Positions 18,798-28,643 of a DNA stretch of 37,261 bases are shown piece after piece. The first letter of the stretch is position 1. Each line of letters starts with the position of its first letter. The DNA is from a bacterium (GTDB lineage: Bacteria; Methylomirabilota; Methylomirabilia; CAVQYV01). Both the position numbers and the translations under genes were made by a program. Under the pieces are notes generated by a model, which searched no databases, was not told the DNA's origin, and saw only the letters and a list, made by a program, of their open reading frames with translations. Location of the stretch: assembly GCA_043800755.1 (NCBI GenBank), contig JAZDMQ010000159.1, positions 1 through 37,261 on the forward strand, written 5' to 3'.

Positions 18798-19150
18798 TCC
18801 TCTCTGCTTTCCTTCTTCATCTGGTGGAGGACTTCCTCGATGTGGAAGGCATACTCCACCGAGTTGTCGATGCGAAAATCCAGCTCCGGAATGAAGCGAA
18901 GGTCCAGCCTCCGCCCCAGCTCTCCCCGGATAAACCCCAGGGCGCTGCGTAAGCCTTCCAGGCTTCGCAGCTTCGCCTCCTCGTCCCCGTAGCTGGAGAA
19001 AAAGACCTTCGCGTGCCGAAGATCCCGGCTCAGGACGATCTCGGTAATGGTCACAAAACCAATGCGGGGATCTTTCAGCCCGCGCTGGATCAGTTGGCCA
19101 ATCTCCTCTTTGAGTAAGCCGGAGACCCTTTCTGGACGCTTACTTTGCAT
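18794..19150 (-). CDS. rbfA: Ribosome-binding factor A
   Basis: LKDPRIGFVTIT, LSRDLRHAKVF, LRFIPEL.F..D.S. Confidence 0.97.
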   Translation of the reverse strand: MQSKRPERVSGLLKEEIGQLIQRGLKDPRIGFVTITEIVLSRDLRHAKVFFSSYGDEEAKLRSLEGLRSALGFIRGELGRRLDLRFIPELDFRIDNSVEYAFHIEEVLHQMKKESREE

Positions 19151-19270
19151 TGCCAGTCCCCATCTGCAAGGCCTTTCCCCAGGCCCTTTTTCCTTCCATA
19201 AGGGGAGGCTGGGGCCTTCACGACCTCGATCTCGCGCTGCCAGTGGATGTTGAGCGCAATCCCTGCGGGC

Positions 19271-19555
19271 CTATCTCAGGATTTCGATCTGGTAATCGAG
19301 GAGGGTGGCGTCGGAGGAAGTCTCGATGAGGTGCACCACCTTGGTGAGGATCCGATCGACGAGACCGAGATCGTTGCTGATACAGGCAATGCCCAGGGTG
19401 GCCCTTTGCCACTCTTCCTGGCGATCGACCTCCGCGATCGACACATTAAACCTCGATCGAACCCTATCCTTGATGCTCTTGATGACCTTGCGTTTTCCTT
19501 TGAGGGAGCGGTTATTGGCGATCAGCAGCTCTACCTGGCAAGTTCCGATGATCAT
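19271..19555 (-). CDS. DUF503 (YlxP-like) protein
   Basis: SLKGKRKVIKS...RFNVSIAEV...WQRA; conserved position between infB and rbfA. Confidence 0.92.
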   Translation of the reverse strand: MIIGTCQVELLIANNRSLKGKRKVIKSIKDRVRSRFNVSIAEVDRQEEWQRATLGIACISNDLGLVDRILTKVVHLIETSSDATLLDYQIEILR

Positions 19556-19634
19556 TCTCCCTGGCCCAATTCCGGGTAGTTCACCGACTCCGCGTCGTGG
19601 CGATACCCTACCTTTCCCTTCACCTCTCGCCCAC

Positions 19635-21908
19635 TCACAGCTTCTGGGCTACCCTCTCCAATTCGTAGGTCTCAATGAGGTCCCCGACCCTGAGATCCGA
19701 GAATCCGGCGACGCCCACCCCACACTCGTAGCCTGCGGCAACCTCTTTGACATCCTCTTTGAAGCGCCGGAGGGAATCGATCTTGCCCTCAAAGACGGAT
19801 TTCCCTTCCCGCACAATCCTCGTCGGGGCATCCCTGACCACTTTGCCTTCCAGGACATAAGAGCCCGCAATCATCCCATATCTCGGTACGGAAAAGAGGT
19901 TCCTCACCTCCGCCCGCCCCATCAGCTTCTCCACATACTTGGGATCCAAAAGGCCTTCCATGGCTGCTGCAACTTCGCTAATCGCGTCGTAGATCACATG
20001 ATAGAGACGGATGTCCACTCCCTCCTGGGTGGCCATCTTCTGTACCTTCACCTCCGGCTTCACATTGAATCCCAAGATGATGGCATTGGAGGCCGAGGCC
20101 AGGGCCACATCCGATTCCGTGATGGCCCCCACGGAGCTATGGATCACCTTCAACTTGACGGCGGTGGTGCTAATCCGCTCCAGGGAGTCTTGCAAGGGCT
20201 CCACTGACCCTTGGACATCCCCTTTAATGATCATTCGCAACTCCTTCACCGCGCCCTCTTGGATCTGGCGGTAGAGATCATCCAGGGTGATGCGAGGCTG
20301 GACGGCTATCGATTCCTCTCGATGCTTCTGCATGCGGGCCAGGGCGATCATCCGCGCCTTTTTCTCATCCGGCACCACCAAGAAGGTCTCCCCGGCAACC
20401 GGCACGCCGGAGAAGCCAAAGACCTCCATCGGGGTGGAGGGGCCTGCCGAATCCACCCTCTTCCCCTTGTCATTGAGCATCGCCCTCACCCTGCCGGAAT
20501 GGAAGCCCGCCAGAAAGGAGTCTCCGGTCCTCAAAGTCCCATTCTGCACCAGGACCGTGGCCACCGGGCCTCTCCTCCTGTCCAATCGGGCCTCAATGAT
20601 CGTGCCCTTGGTCTGCGCCTGGGGATTCGCCTTCAGCTCCAAGATCTCTGCCTGTAAGATCAACATCTCCAGGAGATTCTCGATCCCGATCCGCTTCTTG
20701 GCGGAGATCTCCACATAGATGGTCTGCCCCCCCCACTCCTCCGGCATCAGCCCATAGTCAGACAATTGCTGCCGCACCCTGCCCGGGTCGCCGCTGGCTT
20801 TGTCGATCTTATTGACGGCGACCAGGATGGGGACCCCTGCATCCTTGGCGTGGTTGATCGCCTCCACCGTCTGGGGCATCACCCCATCATCCGCCGCCAC
20901 CACCAGCACCACGATGTCGGTCACCTGAGTCCCGCGGGCCCTCATGGCGGTGAAGGCCTCGTGGCCCGGGGTATCCAGGAAGACTACCCTTCCGTTCTCC
21001 AATTCCACCTCGTAGGCACCGATGTGCTGGGTGATCTCCCCATATTCAGAGGCAATGACATTGGTGTGGCGAATGGCATCCAAGAGGGAGGTCTTTCCGT
21101 GGTCTACATGGCCCATGATGGTCACCACGGGGGCTCGGGGCATCAGTTGGGCGGCCTCCTCCTCTGCTCTAACCCCCACCCCAGTCTCGAGGGGAACCAC
21201 CTCCACAGTATAGCCAAACCGGGAGCCTATGGTCTTGGCAACCTCAGTGTCGATCGTCTGGTTGATCGCCGCCATGATGCCCATTTCCATCAGTTTCTTG
21301 ATGACCTCGCTGGGGGTTTTTCCGAACAGGTCGGACAACTCCTTCACCGTGATCGACTCGCTGATGCGGATCGCCGAGGGGGCTGAGGGGATCACCGCCG
21401 CTTTCTCCTCCTCCCGCGGACGGAGTTCTACCACCTTGCCCACGGCCGCTGCCTTCGGCGCAACGGGAGGAGCGGGTTTTACGGAAGGGGGGGGCGGGGA
21501 CGGAGAAGGGGCCTTTGCCCGATCCGCCTCCGACGGCCTGCGAGAAGCCTCTTTGACAGGTAATTCCTTCGCCGCCGGAGCGGCAGGTTTGACCGGGGTT
21601 GGGGTTACACCCGCGGCCGCAGGCGCCCGCTGGGACTTCTCGGGCGAAACCTTCGCCTTCGCCCGCTCTGCCTTCTTCTTCGCCTCTGGCTGGAGGACGG
21701 GCTTGATGGCCTTTTCCGAGGGCGAACCGGGGCCCTTGGCCTTTGTTTTCTTCTCCACGACCGCCTTCAAGGCAGCCCTGGCTTCCTCTTCATCCACGCT
21801 GCTGCTATGGCTCCGGACGATGATACCCGCCTGAGTCAGCTTATCCAGGATCTCCTTATTCGGCAGATCAAATTCCCTCGCTAATTCATAGACGCGAACC
21901 TTGGGCAC
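19635..21908 (-). CDS. infB: Translation initiation factor IF-2
   Basis: RVYELA N-terminus, Pro/Ala linker, [32 protein letters not shown]. Confidence 0.98.
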   Translation of the reverse strand: MPKVRVYELAREFDLPNKEILDKLTQAGIIVRSHSSSVDEEEARAALKAVVEKKTKAKGPGSPSEKAIKPVLQPEAKKKAERAKAKVSPEKSQRAPAAAGVTPTPVKPAAPAAKELPVKEASRRPSEADRAKAPSPSPPPPSVKPAPPVAPKAAAVGKVVELRPREEEKAAVIPSAPSAIRISESITVKELSDLFGKTPSEVIKKLMEMGIMAAINQTIDTEVAKTIGSRFGYTVEVVPLETGVGVRAEEEAAQLMPRAPVVTIMGHVDHGKTSLLDAIRHTNVIASEYGEITQHIGAYEVELENGRVVFLDTPGHEAFTAMRARGTQVTDIVVLVVAADDGVMPQTVEAINHAKDAGVPILVAVNKIDKASGDPGRVRQQLSDYGLMPEEWGGQTIYVEISAKKRIGIENLLEMLILQAEILELKANPQAQTKGTIIEARLDRRRGPVATVLVQNGTLRTGDSFLAGFHSGRVRAMLNDKGKRVDSAGPSTPMEVFGFSGVPVAGETFLVVPDEKKARMIALARMQKHREESIAVQPRITLDDLYRQIQEGAVKELRMIIKGDVQGSVEPLQDSLERISTTAVKLKVIHSSVGAITESDVALASASNAIILGFNVKPEVKVQKMATQEGVDIRLYHVIYDAISEVAAAMEGLLDPKYVEKLMGRAEVRNLFSVPRYGMIAGSYVLEGKVVRDAPTRIVREGKSVFEGKIDSLRRFKEDVKEVAAGYECGVGVAGFSDLRVGDLIETYELERVAQKL

Positions 21909-21912
21909 GAAA

Positions 21913-23217
21913 TCACCTCCCGGCTTCCACGATTTTTCCTTCGCCCTCTTCTCTCACTTCTCCAGAGGTCAACAACTCCTGAGCGGCAACAATCATCTTC
22001 TGGGCGGTCTTCTCCCCTACCCCTTTCACCTCTTGCAGCAGGTCCGCCGAGGCATGAGCGATCTTCCCTAAAGACCGGAACCCCGCAGCGGCAAGCCTCT
22101 CCGCCATCTTCTCCCCCACCCCCGGCAAGGACAGGAGAGAACTCAACTGCCTCCGCTCCTGTTCCTTCTGCCTTTCGGCCTCCTTGACGATCTCCGAGTG
22201 ACTCTTGATATCCACCTTCCATCCGACCAGTTTGGAGGCAAGACGGGCATTGCGACCTTTCTTTCCAATGGACAGAGAGAGCTGATCGTCCGGCACCACC
22301 ACATTCAGGGTGTGTGCCTTTTCGTCAACGGTGACCTGGGTTACTTCAGCAGGCCCCAGGGCGTGCTTGATGAAATCGGCCGGGTTTTCCTTCCAGGGGA
22401 TGATGTCAATCTTCTCCCCTTGCAGCTCCTTCACGATCGCCTGCACTCTCACCCCCCGAAATCCGACACAAGCCCCCACTGGATCCACATTGCTGTCCTT
22501 GGAGGCTACGGCGATCTTTGCCCTCTCCCCAGGTTCCCTCGCCGCCGCCCTGATCGTCACAATCCCTTCGTTGATCTCCGGCACCTCCATCTCAAAGAGC
22601 TTGATGATAAACCCGGGATGAGTGCGAGAGAGGATGATCTGCGATCCCTTGCTGGTCTTTCTCACCTCCACAATGTAGGACCGGATACGATCCCGCGGGC
22701 GATATTCCTCATTGGGCAACTGTTCCCTCGGGGGCAACACCCCCTCCGTCTTTCCCAGATCTACAATGATGTTTCCTTTGGTGAGCCGTTGCACCAGCCC
22801 GTTGACAAGTTCTCCCTCCCTGGCCTTGAAGCTGCGATAGAGGCCATCGCGCTCGGCTTCCCTCACTCGCTGAATGATCACCTGTTTGGCGGTCTGGGCC
22901 GCGATCCGGCCAAAGGCCAGGGGCTCCACCTCCATTTCCACCTGTCCCCCAATCACCGCCTCGGGATCGATCTGAAGGGCCTCCTCCAAGGAAATCTCCA
23001 GCTTCGGATTCACCGAATCCTCCACCACCCTCCTCACCGAGTAGAGGCGAAATCTCCCTGAGGGATCATCGAAGCGGACCCTGAGATCCATGGATGAACC
23101 AAGGGTTTTACGGGAAGCCGAAAGGATGGCCGCCCCTACTGCCTCGATAAGGATCGAGCGGTCGATGCCCTTTTCTCTGCCCACCTGGTCAATCGCCTGA
23201 ATCAATTCCTGCCGCAT
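21913..23217 (-). CDS. nusA: Transcription termination/antitermination factor NusA (C-terminal HhH extension)
   Basis: [14 protein letters not shown]1 domain, [36 protein letters not shown] and VKGVGEKTA HhH motifs. Confidence 0.97.
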   Translation of the reverse strand: MRQELIQAIDQVGREKGIDRSILIEAVGAAILSASRKTLGSSMDLRVRFDDPSGRFRLYSVRRVVEDSVNPKLEISLEEALQIDPEAVIGGQVEMEVEPLAFGRIAAQTAKQVIIQRVREAERDGLYRSFKAREGELVNGLVQRLTKGNIIVDLGKTEGVLPPREQLPNEEYRPRDRIRSYIVEVRKTSKGSQIILSRTHPGFIIKLFEMEVPEINEGIVTIRAAAREPGERAKIAVASKDSNVDPVGACVGFRGVRVQAIVKELQGEKIDIIPWKENPADFIKHALGPAEVTQVTVDEKAHTLNVVVPDDQLSLSIGKKGRNARLASKLVGWKVDIKSHSEIVKEAERQKEQERRQLSSLLSLPGVGEKMAERLAAAGFRSLGKIAHASADLLQEVKGVGEKTAQKMIVAAQELLTSGEVREEGEGKIVEAGR

Positions 23218-23711
23218 GAATTCTCTGCCCTTCCTTTTCCTGGAAACTCTGGAATGAGGCGCGCTTTGGCAATGTCCGCATACGGTATTTCTACCTTATC
23301 TCCCGTATTCTCCTCAATGAGCACCTTGTGCTCCACCACCCCCAGGATCCTCCCTTGAAAGTTCCTCTGGCGGGAAATCGGGTCGTGGGTTACAATCCTG
23401 GCCCTCTTTCCGGCAAACCGCACGAAGTCGCGCTCCTGAACCAACGGTCGATCCAATCCCGGGGAAGAAACCTCCAGGCGATATTCGCGATCGATGAGGT
23501 CCTCCACATCCAGAAGGTCCCCGACCTGCTCGCTCACCCTTCGGCAATCCTCCAGGGACACGCCTCCTTCCTTGTCGATGTAGAGCCGCAGGACCCAACC
23601 TCTGTTCTCCAGACGATACTCCACCTCCACCAGCTCCACCCCAAAGAAATTCAGGGTCGGGATCAGAACCTTCTTGATTTGGGAAACAACCTCTTGTCCC
23701 GGGTGAGGCAT
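23202..23711 (-). CDS. rimP: Ribosome maturation factor RimP
   Basis: LRLYIDKEGGVSLEDC, Y.LEVSSPGLDRPL. Start ATG 23711 inferred because the upstream part of the track ORF is the leader hairpin. Confidence 0.94.
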   Translation of the reverse strand: MPHPGQEVVSQIKKVLIPTLNFFGVELVEVEYRLENRGWVLRLYIDKEGGVSLEDCRRVSEQVGDLLDVEDLIDREYRLEVSSPGLDRPLVQERDFVRFAGKRARIVTHDPISRQRNFQGRILGVVEHKVLIEENTGDKVEIPYADIAKARLIPEFPGKGRAENSCGRN

Positions 23712-23730
23712 GATCTCTTCGCTCTTCATC

Positions 23731-23764
23731 TGAAAAGGAAAGAGTGGGCATGGCCCACTCTTTC
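23731..23764 (-). terminator. rimP-nusA-infB leader attenuator hairpin
   Basis: GAAAGAGUGGGC-CAU-GCCCACUCUUUC followed by CUUUU; matches the known AGUGGG..CCCACU leader of rimP-nusA operons. Confidence 0.8.
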
Positions 23765-23776
23765 GCAACGATTTTT

Positions 23777-23805
23777 AAATTAACACACCTCCCGGCTTCA
23801 CGCAA
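23777..23805 (-). promoter_or_regulatory. sigma70 promoter of rimP operon
   Basis: TTGCGT-17 nt-TAATTT with extended TG, immediately upstream of the leader hairpin. Confidence 0.65.
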
Positions 23806-23949
23806 GGGAATTTATTGGATAATCAACCCTTCCTTGCCAGGCCCGTTGCAGATCGCCCTTCGCTTGGAGATTGATCTCGGAGGCGAGGCCGAGCCCCTGG
23901 ACCGGGACGATTAGGGGGAAGATCTGCCGCCCCACTCCTCCCTGGCCAC

Positions 23950-26040
23950 TTATTCACCCTCTTCCTTTTCCTTCTTGGACTGCTCTACGATCTTTTCCTG
24001 AATGTGGGCGGGGACCTCCTCATAATGTGAGAAAACCATGCTGTAGTCCCCTCGATCCCCGGTCATCGATTTCAGCTCGGAGGCATACTTGAGCATCTCC
24101 GCCAGGGGGACCTTCGCTCGAATGACCTGGCTCTTGCTCTTGCCCTCCACCCCCTGCACCCGCCCCCGCTTGCTATTGAGATCGCCAATGATATCGCCCA
24201 TGCACTCATCCGGAACGCTGATCTCCACATTCATGATCGGCTCCAGGAGCACGGGGGAGGCCATCAGGACGGCCTTCTTAAAGCCCATGGAGCCCGCGAT
24301 CTTGAAGGCGATCTCCGAGGAATCCACTGTATGGTAGGACCCATCGAAGAGGGTGACCTTCAGATCCACGACGCGATAGCCTGCCAAGGCCCCTTCTTCC
24401 ATGGCCTCGACCACCCCCTTCTCCACCGCGGGGATGTACTGCCTGGGGATGACCCCTCCCACGATCTGGTTGACGAACTCATAGCCACCACCCCGGGGCA
24501 GCGGCTCCACCTTCAACCAGCAGTCTCCGTACTGGCCGCGGCCTCCGGTCTGTTTCTTATATTTCCCCTGCGACTCCGCGCCGGAGTGAACCGTCTCTTT
24601 GTATGGCACCCGCGGGGTCTTTACAGTCACCTCCACCCCAAATTTACGCCGCAGTCGAGCCACGGCGACATCCAGGTGCATCTCGCCCATGCCAGAGATC
24701 AGGGCCTCCTTCGTCTGGGGGTCCCGGCTAAACCGGAGCGAGGGATCCTCTTCCATGAGCCGCGTCAAGCTGGAAGAGAGCTTCTCCTCATCCCCCTTCG
24801 ACTTGGGCTCGATGGCAAAGGAGATGACCGGACTGGGAATCGCGACCGGCGGGATAAGGAAGGGGGTCTTCTCATCGCAGAGGATATCTCCGGTGTTGGT
24901 CTCCTTCAACTTTACCATTGCCCCCATCTCTCCCGGGCCGAGGGAGGAGACGGGCAGCTGGGTCTTCCCCCGTAGCTGAACCACCTGCCCAACCCTTTCC
25001 TTGGCTCCCCGCGTGGCATTGTAGACGCTCGAATCGGAGTTGAGTTGCCCGGAATAGACCCGGAAGAGCGTCATCTTGCCCGCATAGGGATCGGCCAAGG
25101 TCTTGAAGACCAGGGCCACCAGGGGCCCTTCCTCAGACGCCTTCCTCGTCTCTTGCTCCTTGGTCTTGGGATTCTCCCCCGCGACCTCCGGACGATCCAG
25201 CGGAGAGGGACAGCAGGAAAGGATCAGATCCAGGAGGGGTGTAACCCCAATATTCTTGGTTGCGGAACCACAGAGCACCGGCACCAGCTTTTGGGAGAAA
25301 ACCGCACGCCGGAGACCTTGTTCTACCTCCTCCGGGCTCAGGTCCCCTGCCTCCAGGTACTTCTCCAGGAGCTGGTCGTCGCTCTCCGCCACCGCCTCCA
25401 GGAGCTTCCCTCTCCACTCCTCCGCCTTTCCCTTCAGTTCCGCCGGAATCTCCTTCACCTCATATTTCCCTTCCAGGCCCTCTTTGAAAATCAGGGCCTT
25501 CCGGGAGAGGAGATCCACCACCCCCTGAAAGGACGCCTCAGATCCGATCGGGATCTGGGCCGGACAGGCAACCGGACACAGGCCCCCGCGAATCTCTTCC
25601 AAGGTCCGGAAGAAGTCCGCCAAGTCCCGATCCATCTTGTTAATGAAGAGGAGCCGAGGGAGGTCGTATTCGTTGGCGAATTGCCAGACCTTCTCCGTCT
25701 GGACCCTCACCCCGGATACGGCGCTCACCACGACCAGGGCGGCATCGGCCACCCGCAGGCAGATCTTGGTGTCGGCCAGGAAATTGGAGAAGCCTGGGGT
25801 ATCAATGATATTGATCTCGTGCCCCTTCCACTCGCAAAAGGCCAGGGCAGAGCTGATGCTGTTCTTGCGAGCGATCTCATCCTCATCGAAATCGGTGGTG
25901 GTGGTCCCCTCCTCCACCCTTCCCAGGCGATTGATGGCACCCGCACTGAAGAGCACGGCCTCGACGAGCGAGGTCTTCCCCTCACCCCCATGGCCAACGA
26001 TCCCGATATTCCTGATCTTGGATATCTCGAATTTCCTCAT
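23950..26040 (-). CDS. fusA: Elongation factor G paralog (EF-G2-like, outside the str operon)
   Basis: Full five-domain EF-G with GHGGEGKTS, DTPGF, NKMD, GMGEMHL, KKQTGGRGQYG, DGSYH.VDSS. ATG 26040 after GGAGGT. Confidence 0.92.
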   Translation of the reverse strand: MRKFEISKIRNIGIVGHGGEGKTSLVEAVLFSAGAINRLGRVEEGTTTTDFDEDEIARKNSISSALAFCEWKGHEINIIDTPGFSNFLADTKICLRVADAALVVVSAVSGVRVQTEKVWQFANEYDLPRLLFINKMDRDLADFFRTLEEIRGGLCPVACPAQIPIGSEASFQGVVDLLSRKALIFKEGLEGKYEVKEIPAELKGKAEEWRGKLLEAVAESDDQLLEKYLEAGDLSPEEVEQGLRRAVFSQKLVPVLCGSATKNIGVTPLLDLILSCCPSPLDRPEVAGENPKTKEQETRKASEEGPLVALVFKTLADPYAGKMTLFRVYSGQLNSDSSVYNATRGAKERVGQVVQLRGKTQLPVSSLGPGEMGAMVKLKETNTGDILCDEKTPFLIPPVAIPSPVISFAIEPKSKGDEEKLSSSLTRLMEEDPSLRFSRDPQTKEALISGMGEMHLDVAVARLRRKFGVEVTVKTPRVPYKETVHSGAESQGKYKKQTGGRGQYGDCWLKVEPLPRGGGYEFVNQIVGGVIPRQYIPAVEKGVVEAMEEGALAGYRVVDLKVTLFDGSYHTVDSSEIAFKIAGSMGFKKAVLMASPVLLEPIMNVEISVPDECMGDIIGDLNSKRGRVQGVEGKSKSQVIRAKVPLAEMLKYASELKSMTGDRGDYSMVFSHYEEVPAHIQEKIVEQSKKEKEEGE

Positions 26041-26087
26041 CCCTACCTCCCAGATCTCTGGTATGTGCATTAGGACAACAACTTAGA

Positions 26088-26115
26088 ATTATCACAATCC
26101 TGTCAGCATGTAAAG
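26088..26115 (-). promoter_or_regulatory. Putative promoter of EF-G paralog
   Basis: TTTACA...TGTGATAAT, same layout as upstream of rpsO. Confidence 0.55.
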
Positions 26116-26132
26116 GCAAACCAGCCCGGCTT

Positions 26133-26162
26133 TTGACAGAGAGAGGGCATCTGTGGTAAGAG
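26133..26162 (+). promoter_or_regulatory. Putative mutM promoter
   Basis: TTGACA (26133-26138), 18 nt, TG-G-TAAGAG; weak -10. Confidence 0.4.
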
Positions 26163-26287
26163 CAAGTGCAGTAACGTCAGGTCCCTATCCCTGAGAGGGT
26201 CCAAACGGAATACCTTTCCTGTTTGCCCGTACTCTCTTATCACGGATCTTATCATCGATCAATGGACAAATTGACGAGGAGGAGCTG

Positions 26288-27109
26288 ATGCCCGAACTTC
26301 CAGAGGTGGAGACGATCCGCCAGGCCCTGCGGCGGCTAATCCTCGGAAGACGGATCTCCCAGGTGACCGTTCGCGGAAAGAAGGTCCTGAGGGGGACAAG
26401 CGGGAAAGAGCTAAGGGGACGGCTTCTGGGAAGGCGGATGACGGAGTGCCTGCGGCGCGGCAAGTACCTCATCGCCCAAGGGGAGGACTTCTCCCTGCTC
26501 ATCCACCTGGGCATGAGTGGCCGCCTCTCATTCTATCCCGAGGGGAATCCTCCTCAGAGACACACCCATCTGATTCTCGGTTTTGCCGACGGATCAGAGC
26601 TCCATTATGACGATCCTCGGGCTTTTGGACGGATCAGGCTCTATCCCCTTCTCCCCCTCACGCAGATCCCCGAGGTGGCCCGTCTGGGATGGGACCCTTT
26701 GGAGGGAAGGCTTCCGCTGGCCCGGCTGGAAGAGGGGATTCGGCGGCGGAAGGCAGCGATCAAACAGGTCCTCATGAATCAGCGACTCTTCGCAGGCATC
26801 GGCAACATCTATGCCAGCGAGATCCTCTTTCGTTCCTCCATCGACCCCTCCAGGCCCGCCTGCGATCTGACTCGGCCAGAGCTAAAAAAGCTGCAGCGCG
26901 CGACTCGTGAGGTGCTGAGGAGAGCCATCCAAGAAGGGGGAACGAGCATCATCAGCTTTGCCGATGCCGAGGGAAGGAAGGGCGCATATCAGCACCTCTT
27001 ACAGGTCTATGGTCGGGCGGAAGAGGCATGCCCCCGTTGCCAGACCCGGATCCTCAACCGACCAATAGTAGGGCGGAGCACCTATTTCTGCCCCCATTGC
27101 CAGAGGTGA
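26288..27109 (+). CDS. mutM: Formamidopyrimidine-DNA glycosylase/AP lyase
   Basis: MPELPEVET, RRGKYL, HLGMSG, D.R.FG, GIGNIYASE, C-terminal zinc finger CPRC...CPHCQ. Confidence 0.98.
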   Translation: MPELPEVETIRQALRRLILGRRISQVTVRGKKVLRGTSGKELRGRLLGRRMTECLRRGKYLIAQGEDFSLLIHLGMSGRLSFYPEGNPPQRHTHLILGFADGSELHYDDPRAFGRIRLYPLLPLTQIPEVARLGWDPLEGRLPLARLEEGIRRRKAAIKQVLMNQRLFAGIGNIYASEILFRSSIDPSRPACDLTRPELKKLQRATREVLRRAIQEGGTSIISFADAEGRKGAYQHLLQVYGRAEEACPRCQTRILNRPIVGRSTYFCPHCQR

Positions 27110-27176
27110 GGGGATTGGAGGACCTCCAAGAGGACGCCGGGGACGCCCACCCGCGTCTTCCCCCTCTGCAATTCTG

Positions 27177-27205
27177 TTGACTCCGCCATCCGCCTTTAGT
27201 AGATT
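27177..27205 (+). promoter_or_regulatory. Putative sigma70 promoter of the dehydrogenase gene
   Basis: TTGACT-17 nt-TAGATT. Confidence 0.6.
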
Positions 27206-27282
27206 CCTACAGGTAAGCCCTCTCTCCGTGGGCAGGCGTTTGAACTGGGCAGGGGTGATCTCGATCTGGGGAGGATTTCCTG

Positions 27283-28323
27283 ATGGCTCAACCGGCCTTG
27301 GGTAAGGTTCTCATCACCTCTCATATCTTCGGACTCACTAACCAGGAGGCCTTCGACCTCCTGGAGGAATCCGGCCTGGAATATGTGCTGCAGCGCCGCC
27401 CTGCGGGCTCTTGGAGCGAGGAAGCGTTGATCGAGCTCCTCCGCGGCAAGCAGGGGATCATCGCCGGGGTGGAGGAGCCCTTGGGCCGGTCCGTGCTGCA
27501 GGCATGCCCGGAGCTGAGGGTGATCTCCCGCCTGGGGGTGGGGGTGGATAATGTCGATCTGGCGGCGGCCACCGAACAGGGCATCGTGGTAACCATCACC
27601 CTGGAGGCAAATGTCAATGCCACGGCAGACCTGACCTTTGCCTTGATGATGGCGGTGGCACGGAAGATCCCCGCGCTGGATCGGATCGTGCGGGAGGGTC
27701 GCTGGCAATTGGTTATCGCCGAGGATGTCTGGCAGAAGACCCTGGGGATCATCGGGCTGGGCCGGATCGGAAAGGCAGTGGCCAAGCGGGCCAGGGGATT
27801 CGACATGAAGATCCTGGCCTACGATCAGATGCAACACCCCGGCTTCGCCGCCGAATATGGAGTCCGCTATGTCAGTCTGGAGGAGATCCTCTCCGCTTCC
27901 GACTTCGTCACCCTCCACCTCTCTTCCTCCCCTGCCACGGTGAAGTTCATCGGCGAGGCGGAATTAAGACGGATGAAGCCCACCGCCTTCCTGATCAATG
28001 CCTCAAGAGGGGTCATCCTCGATCAGGCCGCCCTGATCCGGGCGCTGCAGGAGGGATGGATTGCGGGGGCCGGACTCGATGTCTATGAGAAGGAACCCTT
28101 GAAGGAAGGGGACTTGCTGCAGCTTTCCAATGTGGTCCTCACCCCTCATATCGGAGGGGCCACCTACCCTGCCCTGCGGGCGATGAGCCTGCGATCCGCG
28201 GAAAATGTCATCCAGGCCCTGCGGGGCGACAGGCCAGAGGGCGTGGTGAATCGAGAAGTATATGTCTCGTGGCCGCCGAAGGAGAGGAAGGCCTCGCCCG
28301 ATCAGGAGGCCGGCCGCCGGTAG
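27283..28323 (+). CDS. D-isomer-specific 2-hydroxyacid dehydrogenase (PGDH/glyoxylate reductase-like)
   Basis: GVGVDNVD, GLGRIG, LINASRG, GAGLDVYEKEP, LTPHIG; no ACT domain. Confidence 0.92.
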   Translation: MAQPALGKVLITSHIFGLTNQEAFDLLEESGLEYVLQRRPAGSWSEEALIELLRGKQGIIAGVEEPLGRSVLQACPELRVISRLGVGVDNVDLAAATEQGIVVTITLEANVNATADLTFALMMAVARKIPALDRIVREGRWQLVIAEDVWQKTLGIIGLGRIGKAVAKRARGFDMKILAYDQMQHPGFAAEYGVRYVSLEEILSASDFVTLHLSSSPATVKFIGEAELRRMKPTAFLINASRGVILDQAALIRALQEGWIAGAGLDVYEKEPLKEGDLLQLSNVVLTPHIGGATYPALRAMSLRSAENVIQALRGDRPEGVVNREVYVSWPPKERKASPDQEAGRR

Positions 28324-28571
28324 ATCAGCATCAGGTTCCGAACATAGACGAAGGTCCCGAAGGCCTGCCCGAGGGTGAAGACTGGGTCGTTGCGATGGAT
28401 GGCGTAGAGAAGGAGCACCAGGCTTCCCGCGATGCTGAAGTACCAAAAGCTAACCGGGATGACGCTCTGTCTCTTCCGCTCCGAAGCGATCCACTGCACG
28501 ACAAAGCGCATCGAAAACAAGACCTGCGCCGCAAAACCAATCAACACCCATAGGTCCCAATTCAGCATCAT
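28302..28571 (-). CDS. Lipid-A-disaccharide synthase N-terminal (LAB_N) domain small membrane protein
   Basis: GF.AQ.LF..RF.VQW.ASE...SVIP..FWYFS..G...LL.YAI.R.DPVF..GQ...YVRNL pattern; 3' end overlaps the convergent dehydrogenase by 22 nt. Confidence 0.88.
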   Translation of the reverse strand: MMLNWDLWVLIGFAAQVLFSMRFVVQWIASERKRQSVIPVSFWYFSIAGSLVLLLYAIHRNDPVFTLGQAFGTFVYVRNLMLIYRRPAS

Positions 28572-28643
28572 TTTCTCTTATTCCCCCAATTGAGTCCAAA
28601 GTGAGGTGCCCACCCACCAGACGGGGCGCAGTGCAGGTCCTGG

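Noticed and set aside
21380-21780. Pro/Ala/Lys-rich low-complexity stretch
   Set aside because: Normal variable linker of IF-2, not a repeat element.
21909-21912. No ylxR/ylxQ between nusA and infB
   Set aside because: Patchy distribution of these genes is common; not informative.
23731-23764. Perfect palindrome before rimP as a novel element
   Set aside because: Matches the known rimP-nusA leader attenuator; listed as a feature.
27115-27160. Palindrome TTGGAGG-A-CCTCCAA and GAGGACGC/GCGTCTTC stem after mutM
   Set aside because: Short and lacks a U-tract; may aid termination but cannot be supported.
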